DNA from: Candidatus Rokuibacteriota bacterium
Lineage (GTDB): Bacteria > Methylomirabilota > Methylomirabilia > Rokubacteriales > CSP1-6
NCBI GenBank assembly: GCA_016184305.1
Contig: JACPCX010000133.1
Location: forward strand, 1 to 16,777
DNA length: 16,777 nt
Direction of reading: 5' to 3'
Shown here in pieces: positions 1 to 7,227 of the stretch. Numbering within the stretch: the stretch's first letter is position 1; every line of letters begins with the position of its first letter. The notes under the pieces are model-generated. The model was not told the origin of the DNA, made no database searches, and was given only the letters and a program-made list of their open reading frames with translations. A program made the translations under genes and the position numbers.

Positions 1-2
1 CC

Positions 3-452
3 CATGTCCCGGCCCGCGTGGCGGCCGTGCTGTCCATCGCCCTCGGGCTCTGGATGTTGAAGGACTACTTCATCCCGGACCTCGGGGTCCGCCTTCAGGC
101 GCCCGCCGCGGTCGGCGAATGGGCTCGGGCGTCCGCCCGTCGGATGACGGTGCCCGGTCTCGTCGCCGGCGGTATCGTCATCGGGCTCTGCACCGTTCCG
201 TGCAGTGGCGCCGTCTACCTCGCGGTGCTCTCGCTGCTGGCCGCTCAGGCGGACCGCCTGGCCGGCTTCGGCTATCTCCTCCTCTACAACGTGATGTTCA
301 TCCTGCCCCTGGCCGCGCTCCTCGTCGCCTCCTCCTCCCGCCCCGTGCTGGCCCGCCTCGCCCGGTGGAACCTCGCGCACCGGGAGCGGATACGCCTCGG
401 GCTCGGGACGGGCGTCGTGCTGCTGGGCTTCGCGATCCTGGTCACGGTGTGA
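3..452 (+). CDS. CcdA/DsbD-type cytochrome c biogenesis transmembrane protein, C-terminal part (5' end lies outside the window)
   Basis: The frame is open from the window edge. Several hydrophobic helices and the motif GLCTVPCSGAVYLAVL, followed by YLLLYNVMFILPL, resemble the C-terminal half of CcdA-like proteins. Confidence 0.75.
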   Translation, partial: HVPARVAAVLSIALGLWMLKDYFIPDLGVRLQAPAAVGEWARASARRMTVPGLVAGGIVIGLCTVPCSGAVYLAVLSLLAAQADRLAGFGYLLLYNVMFILPLAALLVASSSRPVLARLARWNLAHRERIRLGLGTGVVLLGFAILVTV

Positions 453-955
453 GGCGCGCGCACCGTCTCGCGCGCCTCGCGGCCGCGCCTGTCGCGCTAG
501 CGCTGCTCCTCCTTGCGGCGGGCTGCGGCCGCCCGCCCAACGTCCCGCCCTCGCTGGCCGGCCTGCCCCTCACCCATACCACGCAGGGCGCGGAGGCGCT
601 CGCGGAGATCGGGCGCCTGCACGGCAAGCGGATCCTGCTGCGGGACGCCTGGGTGGCCCATTACGAGCGCAACGCCGCCGTCGCCATGCTCTACGTCTCG
701 CGCTCGTATCTCGGTCCAGTCGCGCGGTGGCAGTTCTCGCGCATGGTCGACGGGATCGGACGCGGCGCGGCGAACGCCGAGGGGCGCTTCACCCACCTGA
801 GGCACCGAGACGAGGCCGGCATCCCGCTCTATTCGGCGCTCGGGCTCGGCCAAGTCCACTACTTCTACCGCAGCGGGCCGGCCATCGTCTGGCTTGCGGC
901 GGATGCGGAGATTGCCCGCGCAGCGGTCGCCGACACGATCCGTCGGGTCCGTTGA
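449..955 (+). CDS. Hypothetical lipoprotein (168 aa)
   Basis: GTG at 449 overlaps the upstream TGA (GTGA coupling). A basic N-terminus and hydrophobic stretch lead to the lipobox LAAG-C. This is the 3' part of ORF 119..955. Confidence 0.75.
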   Translation: MRRAHRLARLAAAPVALALLLLAAGCGRPPNVPPSLAGLPLTHTTQGAEALAEIGRLHGKRILLRDAWVAHYERNAAVAMLYVSRSYLGPVARWQFSRMVDGIGRGAANAEGRFTHLRHRDEAGIPLYSALGLGQVHYFYRSGPAIVWLAADAEIARAAVADTIRRVR

Positions 956-1117
956 GGGAGCGGCGCGTTCATGGCCGCCAGCATGCAGTTTTGTGGAGCC
1001 GGCCAGCGACCTGATCGCGCACCGGCAACAGAGCACAGAAGCGGGGGCGAGATGAGACTGATCACGAGAGGTGACGATGAACGGCAAGATCTTCCGGAAC
1101 GTCGATGGAGGCATGCG

Positions 1118-1663
1118 GTGGGCCGAGCCTCGCTGACAGTCACGGCCGTCTTCCTCCTCGTGACCGGGGCGCCTTTCGGCGCGGCCGCCGGCGGGGCGAA
1201 ACACCCGTTCGACGCGATGGCTGTCCATCGCCCCGCCGAGCCCTTCGCGGCGCCCGAGCTCGTCTTGACGTCGCTCGATGGGGGGGAGGTGCGGCTCAGC
1301 GCCTTGCGCGGGAAGGTGATCGTGCTTGGCTTCTTCACGACCACGTGACCGAACTGCCGGCGGGAGGCTCCCGCCAAGGCAAAGCTGTACCGGGAGTTCA
1401 GCGGGAAAGGCGTCGAGTTCGTGGGCGTCGCGTTGCGCGAGAACGCGGCGGCGGTCAGGGCCTTCGCCCGCGAGTTCGGGATCGAGTTTCCGCTCTGGCT
1501 CGAGCCGCAGGGCCGGAGTCCTGCCGCCTTCGGCGTATGGGGCCACCCCAGCACGATCCTCATCGACCGGGCGGGCACAGTCGTCGGGCGGGTGCGCGGC
1601 GAGCGCGACTGGGACACGAGAGACGCCCGCCGTCTCCTCCAGTCGCTGCTGGACACGAAGTGA
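1118..1663 (+). CDS. TlpA/ResA-like redoxin (thioredoxin fold), putative selenoprotein with a UxxC motif (TGA at 1346-1348 read as Sec)
   Basis: ORFs 971..1348 and 1421..1663 are in the same frame. Reading through TGA gives APELVLTSLDGGEVRLSALRGKVIVLGFFTTT-U-PNCRREAP...VEFVGV...FGVWGHPSTILIDRAGTVV...GERDW, a complete TlpA-like domain. SD GGAGG (1107-1111) precedes GTG 1118 and a signal-peptide-like N-terminus. ATG 1052 is an alternative start. Confidence 0.88.
1359..1375 (+). promoter_or_regulatory. Putative bacterial SECIS hairpin
   Basis: GGCGGGA-GGC-TCCCGCC forms a perfect 7-bp stem starting 11 nt after the UGA, and the loop begins with G. This matches the known geometry of bacterial SECIS elements. 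Confidence 0.7.
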
Positions 1664-1778
1664 GGGGACGCGTCCGCGCGTGCGCGCCAGGCCAGGGCCG
1701 AGGTGACGGGCACGGCCCGGCGGATGCGTAACGGCGACGCCGGACAAGACGCGCTGGGTGCCACTTCAGGAGGGTGCA

Positions 1779-1985
1779 ATGGCGATCGAGACCGCTGAGA
1801 AATACTGCCCGATCTGTGGGAAGCAGGTGACCGAGCCGACGTTCAACCGCTTCGGCGAATGGGCCTGCTCGGAGGCGCACGCCGACGAGTACGTGAAGGA
1901 GGTGCGAGCCCAGAAGATGCGCGCGGCGGCTCCCGCCCCGGAGCAGCAGCCGCAGCGGCCTCCGCGGCAGATGCGCGGGGGCTGA
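1779..1985 (+). CDS. Small TRASH/YHS-like metal-binding protein (68 aa)
   Basis: SD AGGAGG at 1768-1773 and ATG at 1779. Motif YCPICG-x-RFGEWACSEAH (CxxC-x16-CSxxH). A paralogous domain is present in 2327..2869. Confidence 0.8.
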   Translation: MAIETAEKYCPICGKQVTEPTFNRFGEWACSEAHADEYVKEVRAQKMRAAAPAPEQQPQRPPRQMRGG

Positions 1986-2189
1986 GCGCGGAAGCGGAGG
2001 TATGCGGTGAACAGCCCCGCACCCTCCACGCCGATCGTGAGGGACAGTGCGGATGTCGAGCCGCGTGCGGTCTGATCCCGGGCGGCGCCGTGGCGGCGCC
2101 TCCCGGGACCGCGTCGGCCGGAGATCCGTGAGTTGAGCTGGCGGACACGGCCGCGGACGCGGACTACGAGGGCCGGGTTACGGCGCAGC

Positions 2190-2273
2190 GGGCGCTTGCC
2201 GAAGATGCCGGCGCTGGGCGTCACGAAGGGGCAGGCGCGCACGTCGGTGGACTACGTGATGAGCCTGAAGTAA
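2190..2273 (+). pseudogene. Possible C-terminal remnant of a c-type cytochrome
   Basis: The frame ending at TAA 2271-2273 reads LPKMPALGVTKGQARTSVDYVMSLK*, resembling the MP axial-ligand motif and C-terminal helix of class I cytochromes c. No CxxCH or credible start lies upstream in frame. Confidence 0.4.
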
Positions 2274-2326
2274 TGACCACACGGAGGCGTAAACGCGTGA
2301 AGCGAGATAGACGAGGAGGAGTGGAC

Positions 2327-2869
2327 ATGACTGAGTCATCGCGGGACAGATCATCACGGGAAGGCAACGGACAGCACATCGCACTCTCTGTGGTGCCGGT
2401 CGCTTCCAGGAACGGGCCACCACCGCTCCAGGCGGCAGGCCAGGCGCGGTACTGCGCGTTCTGCGGCGCGGAAGTCGGTCAGGAGGGCGCGCCGGAGCGC
2501 TTCGGCGAGATCTTCTGCTCCGACGCGCATGCCGAGGAGTTCCTCACAGGCGTGCGGGCGGTCCGGGGCGAGGGTGCCGTCGCGGGTGGCGCCGAGATCC
2601 AGCGCACGGGCGAGACGGCCCCGGAGCAGCCGACCGGCGCCGCAAAGCCCTGGGACTGGAAGATGGCGCTCAAGATGGCCGCCTGCTGCGGCGCGCCTGT
2701 CCTGGCCCTCGTCGTCCTCGCCGGCGGTGGAGGCGCCCTGCTCGGCGCGGCCGGATCCCTCCTCCCCGTGCTGGCGTTCCTTGCGTGTCCAATCGGCATG
2801 TACTTCATGATGCGCGGCATGTCGAAGGGCCATCAGCAACAGCCGAAGGACAAAGATCAAGGCAAGTGA
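2327..2869 (+). CDS. Membrane protein with a TRASH-like domain, a CC-containing helix and a DUF2933-like C-terminus (180 aa)
   Basis: SD GAGGAGGAG precedes ATG 2327. Contains YCAFCG...RFGEIFCSDAH, then AACCGAPVL, then LLPVLAFLACPIGMYFMMRGM (the DUF2933-type LACP..M.FM pattern). Confidence 0.8.
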   Translation: MTESSRDRSSREGNGQHIALSVVPVASRNGPPPLQAAGQARYCAFCGAEVGQEGAPERFGEIFCSDAHAEEFLTGVRAVRGEGAVAGGAEIQRTGETAPEQPTGAAKPWDWKMALKMAACCGAPVLALVVLAGGGGALLGAAGSLLPVLAFLACPIGMYFMMRGMSKGHQQQPKDKDQGK

Positions 2870-2995
2870 CGCGTACACCCGCTTCTTCGAGATCTCGGTG
2901 CGGGACGCCATGTGGGCGAGAATCCAGGTCCGCGAGGCGCTCCACCAGACGCGCCAGTCGTCCTTCACGACCTTTGCCCGGGAGGGCCCGCTGTG

Positions 2996-3415
2996 ATGCG
3001 CGCCGTCCGTCGCCTCACACTGGTGGCTGTCGGCACGCTGCTGTCCCTCGGCACCCCCGTGGAGGCTACCCACGACGTGACCCACCGCTATGTGGTGCTC
3101 GGATATGTCCGGGACGGGGCGCACCGGCCCATCGCGGGCCTCACGGTCGCGGTGGTCCGCGAGAAGACCGGGTTGTCCTACCTCACCGAGGCAGACGCCG
3201 AAGGCTTCTACCTCGTTATCGTCCATCTGCAGGACGAGGACCTCTTGGACGCCCTGCGAGTGACCGCCGGGCGGGCGACGATTCGCATCGAGGCCCGGTT
3301 CAACCCCCTGAACTCTCGGAGCCATCGAGGGACGCGGGTCGACTTCACCGGGAGCGCGGCGGTGGAGCGGCAGGAGACATTCGGTGCGACGGTCGACGAC
3401 TACCTGAGGCGGTAG
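2996..3415 (+). CDS. Exported hypothetical protein, carboxypeptidase-regulatory-like beta-sandwich (139 aa)
   Basis: SD GGAGG at 2981-2985. Signal peptide ends in VEA. Pattern GYVRD..HRPIAG..V......TG.......DAEGFY. Confidence 0.65.
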   Translation: MRAVRRLTLVAVGTLLSLGTPVEATHDVTHRYVVLGYVRDGAHRPIAGLTVAVVREKTGLSYLTEADAEGFYLVIVHLQDEDLLDALRVTAGRATIRIEARFNPLNSRSHRGTRVDFTGSAAVERQETFGATVDDYLRR

Positions 3416-3460
3416 GGGGCCCCGGTGTGGGCAGCAATCACGGGAAGGAGCGCGCGTGAG

Positions 3461-4294
3461 ATGGGGACTTCCGTGAAACAGCTGACGTCCGCTTGGCGTA
3501 TAGGTCGCTGGGTCGTCGTGGTGCTCGTGCTCGCGTTGCTCTTGAAGGCAGTGGCCGATATCCTGCGTGGCGCGCCCGGCGGTCATAATGTCCCGTTCGA
3601 GTACTGGTACGGGCACTGGCGGCAGGCTCTCGTCCTCTCGGCGGTCTTCCTCGCCTTCCTGCTGGGGTTCGCCCGGCCCCGGCGCCGGGGCGAGTGGCGG
3701 AACGCCGGGCTCTCGGCGGCATTCTTGATCTCGCTCTTCACCGAGATGTTCGGAATCCCGTTGACCATCTACCTGCTCGCACCTCTGCTCGGCGTTCCGG
3801 CGTCTGCGTTCGGGATGAACGAGAGCCACCTGTGGGCCCTTGCTCTGGATCGCCTCGGTCTGCTCCCGCTGCAGGCCGGGGTCTACCTGGTCATGACGGT
3901 AAGTGTCGTCCTCATCGCGATCGGTCTCTCGCTGCTCGCCGTTGGCTGGGCCACCGTCTATCGGGGACGGGATCGGTTGGTGACGGACGGTATCTACCGC
4001 TACCTCCGGCACCCTCAGTACCTCGGCCTGATGCTGATCGTCTTCGGCTTCAACATCATGTGGCCGACTGTCCTCACCCTCCTGATGGCGCCGGTGCTCA
4101 TCGTCATGTATCTCCGCCTGGCGCGCCGCGAAGACGAGGAGCTGGCGACGTTCTTTGGCGAGACGTTCTTGGACTACGCCGCCCGGACGCGGGCGTTCCT
4201 TCCATGGGGGCGAGGCCGAGCGGTGCCGCCCCGCGGCACGCCGGAACGCCGTCCCCGGGATGCCGCAACGCGCGCAGGCGGGGAGCAAGAATGA
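3461..4294 (+). CDS. Isoprenylcysteine carboxylmethyltransferase (ICMT/PEMT, Ste14-like) family membrane protein
   Basis: Motifs LFTEMFGIPLTIYLL, ESHLW, LVTDGIYRYLRHPQY and ARREDEEL...FGETFLDY. Start is uncertain (3425, 3461 or 3473). Confidence 0.88.
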   Translation: MGTSVKQLTSAWRIGRWVVVVLVLALLLKAVADILRGAPGGHNVPFEYWYGHWRQALVLSAVFLAFLLGFARPRRRGEWRNAGLSAAFLISLFTEMFGIPLTIYLLAPLLGVPASAFGMNESHLWALALDRLGLLPLQAGVYLVMTVSVVLIAIGLSLLAVGWATVYRGRDRLVTDGIYRYLRHPQYLGLMLIVFGFNIMWPTVLTLLMAPVLIVMYLRLARREDEELATFFGETFLDYAARTRAFLPWGRGRAVPPRGTPERRPRDAATRAGGEQE

Positions 4295-4722
4295 CACTGC
4301 TGCCCCGCTGGCGCTTGGATTTGCTCTCCGGGTTGATCTTCTGGCTGGCGACGATCCCGTGGGTGGCGCCGACGATGCTGCACAATGGCGACGTGCCGTG
4401 GCCACTGGCCGGGGCTGTACTGCTCGCTCTCTCCGGCTACCTGGCCCTCTACCCGGCAGCCTTCTGCTGGCTCCTCGGCGGGACCCCGCTGCGCTCGAGC
4501 GCTGCGTACGTGGCCGTCGCGGCGAGCGGCACGATTCTGTTCACGCCAGGCTTCTGGGTTGCGGTGATCGTCGGCATCGTGCCCCGCATTCGCCCGCCGG
4601 TCAGGCAGAGCAAGCAGTCTCGCTCGAACGCGGCCCTCGATGTGCTCCGTCAACCGTACGCGCACGGAGAGATCAAGAGCGAGGAGTTCGAGGCGAGGAC
4701 AGGCGACCCCCGGGGCGGTTAG
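4291..4722 (+). pseudogene. Chimeric or degenerate ORF: Lnt N-terminal membrane fragment fused in frame to a SHOCT-domain C-terminus
   Basis: ATG 4291 overlaps the upstream stop (ATGA). GLIFWLATIPWVAPTM..GDVPWPLA..LLALSGYLALYPAAF aligns by eye with the Lnt at 8711..10189 (GMVFYPLNLSWVTHAM..GGLSWAL..LLLSLYLAVYVGVF). The C-terminal ALDVLRQPYAHGEIKSEEFEAR is SHOCT-like. Confidence 0.65.
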
Positions 4723-4725
4723 CCG

Positions 4726-6519
4726 GTGCTCTCATCCGTGCCTGCCTCCGGCGAACAGAGGGCGACGCTCCGCCGCCTCCGGGCGCTCTCGATCGTCACG
4801 ATGACCGCCTTCCTCGTCGTCATCGGCCAGCTCTGGTATCTCCAGGTTCTCGAGGGATCGCGCCTCGGCGAGCTGGCCGACCGGAACCGGATTCGTGTGC
4901 GGCCTCTGCCCGCACCGCGAGGCATCGTCTCCGACCGGAACGGCGTCCCGCTCGTGGACGCGCGCCCCGCCTTCACCGTCTCCGTCGTCCCCCGCGAGCT
5001 CGAGGATCGCCAGACCGTGCTCGGTACGCTTTCGGTCCTGCTCAAGATCCCTTACGCGGAGCTCGACCGAGCGCTCGATGCGGCGCCCCCCGCCTCGCCC
5101 TGGCCCGTGCGCGTCCGTCGCGGGTTGACCTTCGAGGAGGTCATCCCGCTCGAAGAGCGGCGAGCGGGGCTGCCCGGCGTGACGGTCGCGCTCGAGCCCC
5201 GACGCGCCTACCCGTCGGGCCGCTTAGCCGCGCACCTCCTCGGGTACGTGCGCGAGGCGAGCCAGGAGCAGCTTCGCGACGGGCGCTACCGGCCGGGCGA
5301 CCTCGCGGGGCAGAGCGGGATCGAGCGAATGCTCGACGAGCTCCTGCGCGGGCGCGACGGCGGTGAGCAGGTGGAGGTGGACGTGTCCGGGCGCCCGCTT
5401 CGGATCCTCGAGGGGCGCGCGCCGCAACCGGGCGCGGATGTCACCACGACGTTCGACCGGCGACTCCAGGAGGTGGCGGAGCGCGCATTGGGCGACGCCG
5501 CTGGCGCGGTGGTGGTCATGGACCCACGGAACGGCGACCTCCTGGCACTGGTCTCCACACCGGCCTTCGACCCGGCTCTGTTCACCGGCGCGATCGAGCG
5601 TGACGAGTGGCTGCGGCTGTTGCGCGATCCTCAACATCCCCTCCTGAACCGCGCGTTTCAGGCCTATCCGCCAGGCTCGGTCTTCAAGCTCGTAGTCGCC
5701 GCTGCCGCCCTCCAGGAGAGCCTGATCACCCCTTCCGACAGGCTCCCGTGTCCGGCCAACCTCCAGATCGGGAACCGGACGCTCCGAAACTGGACACGTG
5801 AAGACCAGGGTCCGATCGACATCGAGCGAGCGATCGCGATATCGTGCAACACGTTCTTCTACCGCCTGGGACTGAAGGTGGGCATCGACCAGATCGCCCG
5901 CTACGCCCGTGCCTTCGGGTTCGGTCAGGCGACAGGCATCATGCTCGGCGATGAGAAGGTCGGCGTGCTGCCCGTGGCCACGCGCGCGTCTCTCACCCGC
6001 GCGTGGTCGCCGGGAGATACCGCGAACGTGGCGATCGGTCAGGGGCGCGTACTCGTGACACCGCTCCAGGTCGCGCGGTTCATGGCGGCGATCGCGAACG
6101 GGGGGGTCCTCTGGCGGCCTCGCCTCGTCCAGCGTGTCGACAGCGGCGGCGAGATGGTTCTTTCGGTCGCTCCGGAGGTGACTGGACACGTGGCGCTCGC
6201 TCCCGCCGTCCTCGCCGTCCTCCGTCGAGGTCTCTGGGCCGCGGTCAACGACGGTGGGACGGCCTCTGGGGCGCGGAGCCCCGGCCTTCTCGTCGCAGGA
6301 AAAACCGGGACCGCACAGATCGTCCGGGACAGCGATTCCGCCAAGGGGCAGGATCACGCCTGGTTCGCCGGCTATGCCCCGGCGGATGATCCTCGGATGG
6401 TGGTCGTCGTCCTCGTCGAGCGCGGCGGAACGGGGGGGAGGGTCGCTGCGCCGATCGCCGGCCGCATCTTTCGCGAAATCTTTCACTCCGTGACTCGCGC
6501 CCCCGAGCGCCCTGCGTGA
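4726..6519 (+). CDS. mrdA: Penicillin-binding protein 2 (class B transpeptidase)
   Basis: N-terminal anchor LWYLQV, dimerisation-domain motifs PAPRGIVSDRNG, RAYPSG...HLLGYV and GQSGIE, and catalytic motifs SVFK (SxxK), SCN (SxN) and KTGTAQ, plus DHAWF. Confidence 0.93.
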   Translation: MLSSVPASGEQRATLRRLRALSIVTMTAFLVVIGQLWYLQVLEGSRLGELADRNRIRVRPLPAPRGIVSDRNGVPLVDARPAFTVSVVPRELEDRQTVLGTLSVLLKIPYAELDRALDAAPPASPWPVRVRRGLTFEEVIPLEERRAGLPGVTVALEPRRAYPSGRLAAHLLGYVREASQEQLRDGRYRPGDLAGQSGIERMLDELLRGRDGGEQVEVDVSGRPLRILEGRAPQPGADVTTTFDRRLQEVAERALGDAAGAVVVMDPRNGDLLALVSTPAFDPALFTGAIERDEWLRLLRDPQHPLLNRAFQAYPPGSVFKLVVAAAALQESLITPSDRLPCPANLQIGNRTLRNWTREDQGPIDIERAIAISCNTFFYRLGLKVGIDQIARYARAFGFGQATGIMLGDEKVGVLPVATRASLTRAWSPGDTANVAIGQGRVLVTPLQVARFMAAIANGGVLWRPRLVQRVDSGGEMVLSVAPEVTGHVALAPAVLAVLRRGLWAAVNDGGTASGARSPGLLVAGKTGTAQIVRDSDSAKGQDHAWFAGYAPADDPRMVVVVLVERGGTGGRVAAPIAGRIFREIFHSVTRAPERPA

Positions 6520-6540
6520 TGACGGCGCCTCATGCGGCAC

Positions 6541-7218
6541 CTAGTTTCGTGGACTGAGCGGCTCACCGCTGGATGCACGCCTCCCCTCCAGCAACCGCCG
6601 CCACTCCCCCCGGTGTGGAACGAACATGGGAACGCGCCCCCGGTAGTCCAGGTAGCCCTCGCCGAACTGCCCGATCATCCGCGCCTCCTCCTTGCGCGCG
6701 AGCCGGACGTAGGTCCAGACAATGACGGGGAAGAGCGCCACGGTCAGGATCGTCGGCCAGTGGATGAGCTGGCCGAAGAGCGCCAGGAAGATCGCCGCGT
6801 ACTGAGGGTGCCGGACCACGCCATAGAGGCCGGCGGTGGCCAGGCATCCGGCGCGGCTCGCCCGGTAGACCTCGCGCCACCCCTGGATCAGCAGGGAGAT
6901 CCCCAAGAAGACGAAGGCGTACCCGACCATCATCTCGATCATGGCCCCGAGATCGCCCCACCCGAAGAGCGTGGCCCAGAGGTGACCGCTCTCGTGGAGC
7001 CAGGGGATGTCCCAGCCCAGGAACCCGCTCAGAACGTACACGGTGAGAGGGAACCCGTACATCTCGGCATAGAGGGTGATGATGAAGGCCTGCACCAGCC
7101 CCGCCCGGCTCCACTCCCGCCACCCCTTGGGGGCCACGTAGCGGTAGAGCAGCCACGAGGCGATCACCACCATGATCACCGTCAGCTCCCAGAACCCGAT
7201 GTTCGTGGCGCGTTCCAT
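6541..7218 (-). CDS. ICMT/PEMT family membrane protein (second paralog)
   Basis: Motifs LYAEMYGFPLTVY, ESGHLW, GLYGVVRHPQY and ARKEEARM..FGEGYLDY..RVPMF. Confidence 0.9.
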   Translation of the reverse strand: MERATNIGFWELTVIMVVIASWLLYRYVAPKGWREWSRAGLVQAFIITLYAEMYGFPLTVYVLSGFLGWDIPWLHESGHLWATLFGWGDLGAMIEMMVGYAFVFLGISLLIQGWREVYRASRAGCLATAGLYGVVRHPQYAAIFLALFGQLIHWPTILTVALFPVIVWTYVRLARKEEARMIGQFGEGYLDYRGRVPMFVPHRGEWRRLLEGRRASSGEPLSPRN

Positions 7219-7227
7219 GCGGGCCCC

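Noticed and set aside
1077..1136. 19-aa ORF MNGKIFRNVDGGMRWAEPR with an SD-like GAGGTG, overlapping the redoxin start
   Set aside because: It is too short to support and has no motif. It could be a stub or leader peptide but cannot be distinguished from chance.
971..1348. Treating ORFs 971..1348 and 1421..1663 as two separate genes
   Set aside because: Each is half of a thioredoxin fold, and they join in frame across a TGA at the active site.
2354..4405. 683-aa minus-strand ORF, and similar long ORFs such as 497..1747, 5224..6540, 10164..11216, 12581..14062 and 15378..16772
   Set aside because: These are antisense shadows of well-supported genes in GC-rich DNA, with no recognisable motifs.
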